A DNA stretch of 64,000 bases from Candidatus Moraniibacteriota bacterium. GTDB lineage: Bacteria > Patescibacteriota > Minisyncoccia > Moranbacterales > UBA1568. The stretch is taken from positions 279,488-343,487 of the forward strand of contig CAVURJ010000001.1 of NCBI GenBank assembly GCA_963743885.1, given 5' to 3'. Made by a program: the position numbers and the translations under genes. Below, in pieces: positions 23,127 through 32,159 of this stretch (the stretch's first letter is position 1; every line of letters starts with the position of its first letter). The notes beneath the pieces are model-generated. The model made no database searches, had not been told where the DNA came from, and saw only the letters and a list, made by a program, of their open reading frames with translations.

Positions 23127-25490
23127 ATGGGACGGAAAAAAAAGGTAGAAGAACCAGCGGAAGAAGAGTCTATCATCGAGGAGATCCTTCATAGCGATGC
23201 GAAGCGAAGCATCGCGGCGGTGTTTCTGTTCGCGTTCGCGCTCCTGTTTCTGCTCGCGTATTTCGATGCAGCCGGCATGTTCGGCGGCTGGCTCGATACC
23301 GGCCTCGGTATGGCGCTCGGCTATGGCAAGTGGCTGTTTCCGATTCTTCTCTTCGCGGCTGGCATCATGTTTCTCCGCCACCGGGAGACGACGCTGGCGG
23401 ACAAGATCCGCTTCGCTGGGCTGGTCCTCGGCTTCTTCTCGATCCTCGGGCTGCTCCATCTCTATAGCGGTGATGGGACGGATGAGCTCATGAAGGTGGC
23501 ACGCGCTGGCCACGGTGGGGGATTCATCGGCTTCGGCTTTGCGTATGTCCTCGGTACGTTCACTGGTACAGTCGCGGGGACTATCATCCTTTTGGCACTC
23601 TTCGCTTCAGGCATCATCGCTGCGTTCAATGTCTCGCTTGTGAGGGCCGCAGAGCGTCTGCGTGAGAAATTCCGGCGTGCACCTGCACCGGAGGAAGCAG
23701 CTATTCCGGAAGGAGAGGCAGCAGAGGAAGCGCCGGCAGAGACACCTACTATCGAAGAGGTCTTCCAGGATGTGCCGATCGTATCAGCCAATGCGCTCGA
23801 GGCGAACAATATCCGCAATTTGCAGTTCAATGATGACACCGCTCCGAAGGAGATCGAGGAGACCGGTGATGATGATGCATCCGAAGATGATGAACCGGAA
23901 GAGCAGCCAGTGAAGCGCCGCAGGCGCCGGAGCGGCTACCGCTGGGAGCTGCCGTCGATCGATCTGCTTGAATCGACGACTGGCCAGGCGGTTGGCGGCG
24001 ATACGGAGCGCAACAAACATATTATCCAGAGCACGCTCAAGTATTTCGGTATCGAGGTGGATCCAGGAGAGGTGCGCGTTGGTCCGACCGTGACGCAGTA
24101 TACGTTCCGGCCGGCTTTCGGCGTGAAGCTTTCCCGCATCACAGCGCTTTCCGATGACTTGGCGCTCGCACTTGCAGCCCAGTCTATCCGTATCGAGGCG
24201 CCGATCCCGGGCCAGTCGCTCATCGGCATTGAGATACCGAACAAATCCGTCGCGACGGTGCGGCTCAAAGAGATTCTCGGAAGCCGGGAGTTTAAAGAAC
24301 GCAAGTCGCAGCTTCTGACGCTCGTGCTCGGCCAGGATGTGGCCGGCAAGCATGTCTTCGGCGATCTGCGCAAGATGCCGCACGTCCTCATCGCCGGCCG
24401 TACCGGCTCCGGCAAGAGCGTGTGCATCAATACACTTATCCTCTCGCTCCTGTATCAGTCGTCGCCTGAGGACCTCAAGCTCATTCTAGTCGACCCAAAG
24501 CGTGTCGAGCTTTCCGCTTACAAAGGTATCCCACACCTGAAGACCGACGTCATCGTCGATAACAAGAAGGTGGTGAATGTGCTCCGTTGGGCCGTGGGCG
24601 AGATGGAACGCCGGTACAAGTTGCTCGAAGCCGTGCATGCGCGCGATCTCCTGACGTATCGTGAAAAGTGCGCTCAGGGCGAGATGCGGACGCTCGTGGA
24701 CGCTGAGACTGGTAAGGTGACCGAAGAGAATCTCGAGCCGCTCCCGTACATCGTGATCATCATCGACGAGATGGCGGACCTCATGGTGGCGCATGGCAAG
24801 GAAGTGGAAGCGCTTATCATTCGTCTCGCGCAGATGTCCCGCGCTATCGGTGTCCACCTCGTCTTGGCGACGCAGCGTCCGAGCGTTGAGGTCATCACCG
24901 GTCTCATCAAGGCCAACATTCCGACCCGCGTAGCCTTCCAGGTGACGACGCAGATCGATTCGCGCACCATCCTCGATACGGGCGGCGCGGAGAAGCTCCT
25001 TGGGAACGGCGATATGCTGTATTCTTCCTCCGATGGCGGCGATATCAAACGTCTTCAGGGTGTGTTTGTCTCTGACGATGAGGTGAAGCGCGTGACAGCA
25101 TTCCTCCGCAAGCAGAAGGAAGAGGCCGGCGAGGACGAGATCGGCGAAGATTTCGGCGGTGAGGGCGAGCAGACGAGCATCACCGAAGCTATAGACTCGC
25201 TTGATGAGGGTGCAGGCAAGGACGATCTCTACGAGAAGGCGAAACTCCTGGTTGTCTCTACCGGGCGTGCTTCGACGACGTATCTCCAGACAGCCCTCGG
25301 CGTGGGCTATCCGCGCGGCGCGCGTCTCATGCATCTCCTTGAGGAGAACGGCGTGGTCGGCATGATTGATGGCAAGAAGCGCGTGCTTATGAGCGCGGCA
25401 GCAGTGCCAGCCGAAGATGATGAAGACGTGAAGAAATATGGCGATGACCATCTCGCTGAGCAGCAGGATCGGGATAAGTGGCAGATGTAA
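23127..25490 (+). CDS. ftsK: DNA translocase FtsK/SpoIIIE
   Basis: N-terminal TM helices, Walker A GRTGSGKS, LATQRPSV, C-terminal gamma winged-helix (TYLQTALGVGYPRGARLMHLLEENGVV). Confidence 0.9.
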   Translation: MGRKKKVEEPAEEESIIEEILHSDAKRSIAAVFLFAFALLFLLAYFDAAGMFGGWLDTGLGMALGYGKWLFPILLFAAGIMFLRHRETTLADKIRFAGLVLGFFSILGLLHLYSGDGTDELMKVARAGHGGGFIGFGFAYVLGTFTGTVAGTIILLALFASGIIAAFNVSLVRAAERLREKFRRAPAPEEAAIPEGEAAEEAPAETPTIEEVFQDVPIVSANALEANNIRNLQFNDDTAPKEIEETGDDDASEDDEPEEQPVKRRRRRSGYRWELPSIDLLESTTGQAVGGDTERNKHIIQSTLKYFGIEVDPGEVRVGPTVTQYTFRPAFGVKLSRITALSDDLALALAAQSIRIEAPIPGQSLIGIEIPNKSVATVRLKEILGSREFKERKSQLLTLVLGQDVAGKHVFGDLRKMPHVLIAGRTGSGKSVCINTLILSLLYQSSPEDLKLILVDPKRVELSAYKGIPHLKTDVIVDNKKVVNVLRWAVGEMERRYKLLEAVHARDLLTYREKCAQGEMRTLVDAETGKVTEENLEPLPYIVIIIDEMADLMVAHGKEVEALIIRLAQMSRAIGVHLVLATQRPSVEVITGLIKANIPTRVAFQVTTQIDSRTILDTGGAEKLLGNGDMLYSSSDGGDIKRLQGVFVSDDEVKRVTAFLRKQKEEAGEDEIGEDFGGEGEQTSITEAIDSLDEGAGKDDLYEKAKLLVVSTGRASTTYLQTALGVGYPRGARLMHLLEENGVVGMIDGKKRVLMSAAAVPAEDDEDVKKYGDDHLAEQQDRDKWQM

Positions 25491-25566
25491 GAGTGCGGTT
25501 GAATCCACCCGTATCCTACTGATCCTTTGTTCTGTTGTTTGAAATTATCCGGATGCTGACCTAAAG

Positions 25567-25596
25567 AAAAGAGCCTCCTGTTTCGGAGGCTTTTCT
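25567..25596 (+). terminator. Intrinsic terminator after ftsK
   Basis: aaaagagcctcc-tgtttc-ggaggcttttctg. Confidence 0.6.
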
Positions 25597-25629
25597 GTAT
25601 TCTCGGATTTTTTATGTGGATTATGCTGA

Positions 25630-25665
25630 CTCTGCACAATATACAGCGGTCGTGGTATATTATGC
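25630..25665. promoter_or_regulatory. Palindromic operator-like site overlapping the -10 of the PaaX-like gene
   Basis: TGCACAATATAC-agcggtcgtg-GTATATTATGCA has inverted 12-mers matching 11/12. A near-identical copy is at 26390-26430. Confidence 0.5.
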
Positions 25666-25690
25666 ATAGGTGAATAGTGATACAAAAAAT

Positions 25691-26296
25691 ATGAAAAGAA
25701 AGAAAATTACAGAGAGTAAAAAGGAGGATGCGGAGAAGAAGCGGGAGCGTCGTGCAGATATCCAGCGCGTACTTCTCGGGGTCGTGGGTGCAGCGGGACT
25801 GCTCAGCCTCGTATTACTGGCGCCCAATGCTGTCCAGGTGCTCAAGCTATTCAAGAGGAGGAATCCGCGGTATCGTTCTCCTCGCTATATCAACGGTGTG
25901 GCCGGAAAGCTGCAAAAGAAAGGTTGGCTTCGGGTTGAGAGGCGTGGTGGCAAATCGTTTTTGCGGCTGACGGAAAAGGGTGAATGGGAGCTTCTGAAAT
26001 ACAAGTTGCAGGAAAAGACGCTTCAGAAGAAAAAATGGGACGGAAAGTGGCGATTGGTTATCTTTGACATCAAAGAATCGAAACGGCTGCTTCGTGATCG
26101 GATCCGAACGGATATCGTCACGTTCGGATTCGTGCGTTTGCAGGATAGTGTATGGGTCTATCCGCATGATTGTGAAGATCTCATCGTGCTATTGAAGGCT
26201 CACTGTAAGATCGGCAAAGAAGTTTTGTATGTGATATCCGAGAAGATTGAGAATGACGGTTGGCTTAAGAAAAAGTTCAGTCTTGTTTCAGAATAA
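25691..26296 (+). CDS. PaaX-family-like transcriptional regulator (wHTH plus PaaX_C-like domain)
   Basis: WDGKWRLVIFDIKESKRLLRDRIRTDIVTFGFVRLQDSVWVYPHD matches PaaX_C (WDGRWHLV..R..LR..L.W.GFG.L.DGLWVSP). wHTH-like LQKKGWLRVERRGGKSFLRLTEKG precedes it. Confidence 0.5.
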   Translation: MKRKKITESKKEDAEKKRERRADIQRVLLGVVGAAGLLSLVLLAPNAVQVLKLFKRRNPRYRSPRYINGVAGKLQKKGWLRVERRGGKSFLRLTEKGEWELLKYKLQEKTLQKKKWDGKWRLVIFDIKESKRLLRDRIRTDIVTFGFVRLQDSVWVYPHDCEDLIVLLKAHCKIGKEVLYVISEKIENDGWLKKKFSLVSE

Positions 26297-26389
26297 TAGA
26301 ATGCTCAGCACTCAACGGTCGTTGTAGAGTATGCAGCTGTTATGGCGACCAGGATAGAAAGTTAGTGAAAAAGTATGGTGGTGTGGTTG

Positions 26390-26430
26390 CTCTGCATAAT
26401 ACTTAGCGGTCGTGGTATGTTATGCAGTGG
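26390..26430. promoter_or_regulatory. Second copy of the palindromic operator-like site (with a half-site at 26318-26340)
   Basis: ctctgcataatacttaGCGGTCGTGGTATgTTATGCAgtggtg is near-identical to ctctgcacaatatacaGCGGTCGTGGTATaTTATGCAtaggtg upstream of the regulator. Confidence 0.5.
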
Positions 26431-26502
26431 TGTGGAGAATGGGAGAGTGGAAAAGAAACGGGAGGGAGAGAGGAAAATGGGAATTGTAGAGGGGCACGGT
26501 TT

Positions 26503-26532
26503 TTGACAAAAGCATCGGGGGGGGGTGATAAT
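26503..26532 (+). promoter_or_regulatory. Sigma70-type promoter (TTGACA-18-GATAAT) for the gene at 26561
   Basis: TTGACA at 26503-26508, 18 nt spacer, tGATAAT at 26526-26532. Confidence 0.5.
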
Positions 26533-26560
26533 GGGGGTATAATCCGTAGATTATCGAGAT

Positions 26561-27508
26561 ATGCCAGGATTTGAAGTCAGACAGAAGAATGATCCGAAAG
26601 CGGAACAGCGAGTAGATACGAGCTTTATCGATCTAGTTGAGGGGAGATTGGATAAGTCATCGGAACAGCCGTCTGATATGAAGGAAGCGGCACGGCAGGC
26701 AGAAGCTGCGCGTGCGGAAGTCGCCGAGCAGGCGGCAGCCCAAGAGTCGGCGGATGCGGCCGCGGCACAGGAGATACTCGCACGAATTAAGAGTACGCCG
26801 GATATGCGGTTGGATGTGGTTCCAGAAGATGGTCGCGTAGCTGATGGTGAAAAGGCTCTTGCTGAAGCATCTTTGATTAACCAGTATGTAGATAGGAGAA
26901 GCGCTGATGGTAAGCCGCTTGATGCTGAGGCATTGAGGAATCTAGGCCAGATGCAATCGGAAGAAGTCGATAAGAGAATCGCAGGCTTGAACACGGAAGC
27001 GGGAAAGAAATATCTGTCTGGTGAGTTATCGCCGGCTGTCGAGGTAACAGAACAGGTGGTCGAAGTCAAGACTGAGTCATTGCAGGAGTTGCCACAGGAC
27101 CCTGAAAGTATACAGGCTGGCGAGGAAGCGCTTGAATATGTCTCTGTAATCCCGGAGTCATGGAAAGGGGAAAATACGCGCAATCTTTCCATATCTGATA
27201 GGCGCGGGTTTGAAGCCGCCCTGGAGACGAAGAAATTTTCAAACAAGAATGTCCGGAGAAAGATTGCTTTGGCATCGGCTTCCGGCGCTTTAGCGTCTTT
27301 CGGCGGTGGCGCAGCGACTATGATTTTTCAAGGATCGGGTGCAGCGGCAGTAGCTGGTAATCTTACGCTCGGTGGTGCAATGATGCTCGGTGGAGCTGGC
27401 GGATTCCTCATTTTGGGGGCTGCTGGGTATGGTGCCAAGAAGCTTTGGGATAGGTATAAGGAACGGAAGGCGCGGAAGAATTTCGAAAAAGCTTCTGGAC
27501 GCGCGTAG
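26561..27508 (+). CDS. Hypothetical acidic protein with C-terminal glycine-zipper hydrophobic segment
   Basis: Long ORF. E/A/Q-rich N-terminal part; ASFGGGAATMIFQGSGAAAVAGNLTLGGAMMLGGAGGFLILGAAGYG Gly-zipper; basic tail. Confidence 0.5.
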   Translation: MPGFEVRQKNDPKAEQRVDTSFIDLVEGRLDKSSEQPSDMKEAARQAEAARAEVAEQAAAQESADAAAAQEILARIKSTPDMRLDVVPEDGRVADGEKALAEASLINQYVDRRSADGKPLDAEALRNLGQMQSEEVDKRIAGLNTEAGKKYLSGELSPAVEVTEQVVEVKTESLQELPQDPESIQAGEEALEYVSVIPESWKGENTRNLSISDRRGFEAALETKKFSNKNVRRKIALASASGALASFGGGAATMIFQGSGAAAVAGNLTLGGAMMLGGAGGFLILGAAGYGAKKLWDRYKERKARKNFEKASGRA

Positions 27509-27733
27509 AATAAGCTGGAGCGTTCGCATAGAGAGAGCATTACGAAAGTGATGTTCTTTTGCTTTTCTAAAAGGCTTTTCTGGTAGCGGAATATATGGTA
27601 CAGTGAAGGCAAATGTAACAGCTGTTTAGCTTGTAGTTGCATTGGCTTCGTTAGCTTTTTTACTCAAGAAAGCGGTGCGAACGGCTGGCTAATGAAGCTG
27701 ACGAAGCTAGAGAAGCTAATGAAGCTGATAACT

Positions 27734-28720
27734 ATGGTTGATTCCGGTTTTACCAGGAAAAAAGTTGAGTCGCTGACACTCGGGGAGAAGCTTCGGAAGC
27801 TCCGGAATGATTCTCGGACGAGTCTTCAGGAAGTCTCCAAGGCGACGCGCATCCAGGCGAAATATCTCGAGTCTCTCGAGAACGGCGAGTACGGCAAATT
27901 GCCGGCGGATGTCTATGTGCGCGGATTCCTTAGGAGCTATGCCCGCTATCTCAATATTGATGAGCAGGTCTTCATCCGGCTCTATGAGCGTGAGCGCAAT
28001 ATCCAAGCCAATCTCGGCCGCGATACAGGATCCGTTCATGCGAAGCGGGAAGTTTCCATCTCCTCGATTGTCATTACGCCGCGCGCCGTTGCCATAGTAC
28101 TGATCGCCTGTATGGTTGGCGGAGCTTTTTTCTATCTGTACCGAGAGTTCCGGAGCTTCACTTCAGCGCCATACCTCATCATTACTGAACCTGCGCAGAG
28201 TAGCACGGTCGCTTCCGGCGAAGTGGTGGTGCGCGGCAAGACCGATCGTGGCGCGCGGCTCTCCATCAACGGACAGTCGGTTTTCGTAGGCGATGACGGT
28301 AGTTTTTCCGAGGCGCTCCTCTTACAGCCTGGGCTCAATATGGTCTCTGTGGTGTCGGTCAATCGTTTCGACAAGGAACGGACCGAGACGATCGCGATCG
28401 AAGCCGAGTATATTCCGGTTCCGGCGGACCAGTCATCTGAAGGGGCAGTTGTTTCTGGAGAGACATTTTTCATCGAGATTTCTGTCGAAGGGGAGGCGGC
28501 GAATGTGTCGGTCCTGGCTGATGGCGTGGCGGTTTTTTCCGGCCAGGTCCGGACGGGCGAGATGAAGCGCATCGAGGGGAAGGAGAGAATTGAAGTGACG
28601 TCCGATCATGGAGAGCGCACGTTTGTCACTGATGCTACTGGCAAGCGGCAGGTCTTGTCGGAAACTGCCGGATTGGCTAAGGATAAAGCTTTTTTCCCGA
28701 CAGAGAAAAAAGAAGAATAG
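27734..28720 (+). CDS. RodZ-like cytoskeleton protein (XRE-type HTH, TM, DUF4115-like C-terminus)
   Basis: LGEKLRKLRNDSRTSLQEVSKATRIQAKYLESLENGEY HTH, a single TM, and a beta-rich C-terminal domain. Start set at ATG 27734 because 27690-27733 is a GAAGCT tandem motif also found in 5' UTRs elsewhere. Confidence 0.6.
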   Translation: MVDSGFTRKKVESLTLGEKLRKLRNDSRTSLQEVSKATRIQAKYLESLENGEYGKLPADVYVRGFLRSYARYLNIDEQVFIRLYERERNIQANLGRDTGSVHAKREVSISSIVITPRAVAIVLIACMVGGAFFYLYREFRSFTSAPYLIITEPAQSSTVASGEVVVRGKTDRGARLSINGQSVFVGDDGSFSEALLLQPGLNMVSVVSVNRFDKERTETIAIEAEYIPVPADQSSEGAVVSGETFFIEISVEGEAANVSVLADGVAVFSGQVRTGEMKRIEGKERIEVTSDHGERTFVTDATGKRQVLSETAGLAKDKAFFPTEKKEE

Positions 28721-28888
28721 GCTTTTGTGCTTGAGGTATAGACAGGATTTCAGCATGTATGTTACTATGTAAGTGAAGTAAACAAGAGAGTTTATAAAGT
28801 TTTTCAAGTTCCTAAAGTTTATAAAGTCCTCACACTCTCTACAAACTTGATAGACTTTATAACTTTATAAACTTATAAATAAAATACT

Positions 28889-29926
28889 ATGGCCAAGGAA
28901 ACAAAGCCGGCGGCAGGGGAGAAGAACAAGATCGATAGCGTGCTCGATGCTATCCAAGAGAAGTACGGCGAGGGGATGATGATGAAGCTCGGCGATGTCC
29001 GCAAGGTGGACGTGGAGGTGATCCCGTCCGGCTCGATCTCGCTCGATATCGCGCTCGGGATCGGCGGCGTGCCACGTGGTCGCGTCATCGAAGTGTACGG
29101 TCCGGAGTCATCCGGCAAGACGACGCTTTCGCTCCATATCGTAGCCAATGCTCAGCGAGCAGGCGGCGTAGCGGCGTTTGTGGATGCCGAGCACGCGCTT
29201 GATCCGGAGTACGCCAAGCGTATTGGTGTGAATATCAATGATCTGCTCATCTCGCAGCCGGACAACGGCGAGCAGGCGCTCGATATCGTCGAGACGCTCG
29301 TACGTTCCAATATGGTGGATGTGATCGTCGTCGACTCGGTGGCGGCACTTGTACCGAAGGCGGAAATCGAGGGTGAGATGGGGGACCAGCATGTCGGCCG
29401 CCAGGCGCGGCTCATGTCGCAGGCGCTCAGGAAGCTCACGGCGATCATCGCCCGTTCCAACTCGACGGTCATCTTCATCAATCAGATCCGTATGAAGATC
29501 GGCGTCATGTTTGGCAACCCGGAGACGACGACCGGCGGCAACGCACTCAAGTTCTATTCGTCCGTTCGTCTCGAGGTGCGCCGCAGTGCGCAGATTAAGC
29601 GCGGCGAGGAAATTGTCGGCAACCGCACCAAAGTGAAGGTGGTCAAGAACAAGGTAGCAGCCCCGTTCCGCACCGCGGAATTTGATATCATGTATAACGA
29701 GGGTATCTCGCATGCGGGTGACACGCTCGATACAGGTGTCCAGTATGAAGTCGTCAAAAAATCAGGAAACTCGTTCGCATATGGCGAGGTGAAGCTCGGC
29801 GTGGGTCGCGAGAACGCCAAGAAGTTCCTCAAGGAGAACCCGAAGATCGAGAAGGAGATTGAGAAGGGGATCTTGAAGCAGGTGAAGGACGGCGTCGTGA
29901 AGGTGAAAGCCGAAGTCGCTGAATAA
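28889..29926 (+). CDS. recA: Recombinase RecA
   Basis: [10 protein letters not shown] Walker A and full-length RecA conservation. Confidence 0.95.
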   Translation: MAKETKPAAGEKNKIDSVLDAIQEKYGEGMMMKLGDVRKVDVEVIPSGSISLDIALGIGGVPRGRVIEVYGPESSGKTTLSLHIVANAQRAGGVAAFVDAEHALDPEYAKRIGVNINDLLISQPDNGEQALDIVETLVRSNMVDVIVVDSVAALVPKAEIEGEMGDQHVGRQARLMSQALRKLTAIIARSNSTVIFINQIRMKIGVMFGNPETTTGGNALKFYSSVRLEVRRSAQIKRGEEIVGNRTKVKVVKNKVAAPFRTAEFDIMYNEGISHAGDTLDTGVQYEVVKKSGNSFAYGEVKLGVGRENAKKFLKENPKIEKEIEKGILKQVKDGVVKVKAEVAE

Positions 29927-30112
29927 TAGTTTTGAATTACGAAACCCCGTTCTTAGTTGTCATTCCCGCCCGCCTAGACGTCGAGGCTGGCGTAGGCGGG
30001 AATCCAGGTTCCCTCTGATAAGCTATACCTCTGGATCCCGGGTCAAGCCCGGGATGACAGAAAAAAGAGTTTCATAATTCAAAGTAATCAAGGGAATCAA
30101 GACGATTGTAAA

Positions 30113-30156
30113 AAAAGAGACGCCTCAGGCTTGCCGAGAGGCGTCTTTTTCGTGCC
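30113..30156. terminator. Bidirectional terminator between recA and the convergent gene
   Basis: aaaaaaagagacgcctc-aggcttgccg-agaggcgtctttttcg. Confidence 0.6.
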
Positions 30157-30168
30157 AGCTGATCGCTG

Positions 30169-30678
30169 TCAGCAAGCACAAACACTGCCGCGATGTTCTT
30201 CGCAGTGGTGCAGATGGTGGAGATCTGACGGGAGGAGGCCGAGTGCCTCATTGAGCGTCACGATGCGCCGTTCCGGGGTGAGGATGATGCGGGCATCGAG
30301 GTCGATTTCCTGTTTGGGAAACGTCGAACGCAGGTGCTTTGCAGCACCATCTAGCACCCGCTTGAGGGTTTTGATCTGGTAGGCAAGGTCATGTTCCGGA
30401 CTTTCGCCGATTCGCTGCCATTGCTTCAACTTGTTGAATTGGCAGTCGGTATGCGGAAAGACGTGGATATGCGTTGCCCGGGCGATCATGACGAGTCCGT
30501 CGAGCTGTTCATAGAAGAATGCCCGGCAGCTGCCCATGGTCATGGCGTGGACCCCGCCGATAGGGCGGTCAGACTCGAGGACGGTATGGCCCTCGTCGAG
30601 AATTTTTTGTTCGAAGGCTTGAAGTATCGGGGTTAGCCGACTATCGTAGCAAGTGATGATGACGTGCCGTTCTCCCAC
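30169..30678 (-). CDS. Beta-class carbonic anhydrase-like protein (CxDxR / HxxC zinc ligands)
   Basis: ITCYDSR and PHTDCQ resemble the beta-CA zinc-binding motifs. 169 aa is similar to the Cab-type. Weak assignment. Confidence 0.35.
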   Translation of the reverse strand: MGERHVIITCYDSRLTPILQAFEQKILDEGHTVLESDRPIGGVHAMTMGSCRAFFYEQLDGLVMIARATHIHVFPHTDCQFNKLKQWQRIGESPEHDLAYQIKTLKRVLDGAAKHLRSTFPKQEIDLDARIILTPERRIVTLNEALGLLPSDLHHLHHCEEHRGSVCAC

Positions 30679-30852
30679 GGTAAATCTCCTTGTTTGAGGA
30701 AGTTGTTAAATGACGCTATAGAAAACAAAAAAGTGATAATGCCACGGGATGTTCCCTACGGATGGGACCGAAAAGAAAATCAGGTAACACTACCAACCGA
30801 CTTATGATACTGAAGAGTGCTTTTTGTGTCAACCCCGCGCTATTCTAGCGTA

Positions 30853-30861
30853 TGCTATAAT
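30853..30861 (+). promoter_or_regulatory. Extended -10 (TGcTATAAT), 9 nt before the start codon (near-leaderless mRNA)
   Basis: TGCTATAAT at 30853-30861, ATG at 30871. Confidence 0.4.
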
Positions 30862-30870
30862 GTCTTTGCT

Positions 30871-32154
30871 ATGGGAAAACACATATCCAAAGTATCTTTT
30901 GTTGTCTGTTTCGGCGCCGCGATTGCGTTCGCTGGGTTTTTGTTCATGGGGAGTCGGCCGGCGTATGCCGTAGAGAGTGCGGATGAGATCGAAAACGATA
31001 TCAGCAAGATCGAGAAGAAGTATGAAAAGGAGATGGCCGAACTCAAGGCGCTCCAGAAGGATCTCGGTCAGATCAATTCTTCGCTGACATCGACGCAACA
31101 GCTGATCCAGCGTACTCAGACGCTCCTCAATCAGACGGCTCAGACGATCAGTCAGAAGGAAGCGGAGATCGTCAATCTGGAGAACCAACTCCGGCTCGAG
31201 AAGAGCGTGCTCAAGGGGCTGATCCAAGAGCTGTACTTCGCCGAGACTGTACCGCTTGCGGAAGTGATGCTTGATCATGCCGAGCTCATCAGTCTCCTCC
31301 AGGGGAAGGATAATCTGCTTTCCACCCAAGAGAGGATGCAGGAGGTTATCCGGAGCATCAATGAGATGAGAGGGAAGGTCCTGGGCGAGAAGGCGTCTCT
31401 TGAGGATGTGAAGCAGGATCATGAAGAGTTGATCATCCTCAAGAACAAGCAGAAGCAGTCTCTAGCAGCGCAGAAAGTCGATGTGCAGGCGGATGTCAAC
31501 GAGCAGGAAGCGACTGTTGCGGAACTCCAGGAGAAGCTCGCCGAATTGAAGAGTGATCTCTCTGTGCTCACCGGAAAGTCGTACAATGCGAAGGATATCA
31601 AGGAAGCGGTTGAATTTGCGAGCGGTAAGACCGGCGTTCCGAAAGGGGTTCTCTACGGATTTTTGAAGATGGAGACCAATCTCGGTGCCAATACTGGCCA
31701 GTGTACATACAAGGATGTCGAGAAGGTCGCCGTGGCGCGGTACAAGAAGTACGGGAGTAAATACAAGTCATCTATTGCGCTCCTCTACAAGCGTCAGGAC
31801 ATCTTCTATAGTCTTGTCGATGACCTCGGCTACAGCAAGGACAAGAAGGTCTCGTGTTCGCCGAGCGGCTATGTGGGTCAAGGCGGGGCAATGGGCGTAT
31901 CGCAGTTCATGTCTGATGTATGGAGCGGGTATGCGTCGCAGATCCGGTCGTATACCGGACACAAGACGCCTGATCCATGGAATCTGACCGATGGCGTGAT
32001 GGCGATGTCACTCAAGCTCAAGAAGGCGGGAGCGACATCTGATAGCGCGGCCGCTATCAAGAAGGCCTCGATCAATTATCTAGGGACCTACTACGCGAAT
32101 TATTACAATGGCATCGTCTACTGGTCCAAGAATTACAAGAAGCTGTTCGAATAA
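30871..32154 (+). CDS. Secreted coiled-coil protein with C-terminal lytic-transglycosylase (SLT)-like domain
   Basis: Signal/TM. Long coiled coil. GAMGVSQFMSDVW resembles the SLT/MltB motif GAMGQMQFMPSTW. Confidence 0.5.
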   Translation: MGKHISKVSFVVCFGAAIAFAGFLFMGSRPAYAVESADEIENDISKIEKKYEKEMAELKALQKDLGQINSSLTSTQQLIQRTQTLLNQTAQTISQKEAEIVNLENQLRLEKSVLKGLIQELYFAETVPLAEVMLDHAELISLLQGKDNLLSTQERMQEVIRSINEMRGKVLGEKASLEDVKQDHEELIILKNKQKQSLAAQKVDVQADVNEQEATVAELQEKLAELKSDLSVLTGKSYNAKDIKEAVEFASGKTGVPKGVLYGFLKMETNLGANTGQCTYKDVEKVAVARYKKYGSKYKSSIALLYKRQDIFYSLVDDLGYSKDKKVSCSPSGYVGQGGAMGVSQFMSDVWSGYASQIRSYTGHKTPDPWNLTDGVMAMSLKLKKAGATSDSAAAIKKASINYLGTYYANYYNGIVYWSKNYKKLFE

Positions 32155-32159
32155 GGAGG

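Noticed and set aside
25670-26296. Cas2 identity for the PaaX-like protein (YDV-like FDI and RLQ.SV-like motifs)
   Set aside because: No CRISPR array or cas1 nearby. The N-terminal wHTH plus WDGKWRLV fits PaaX_C, which shares the fold, better.
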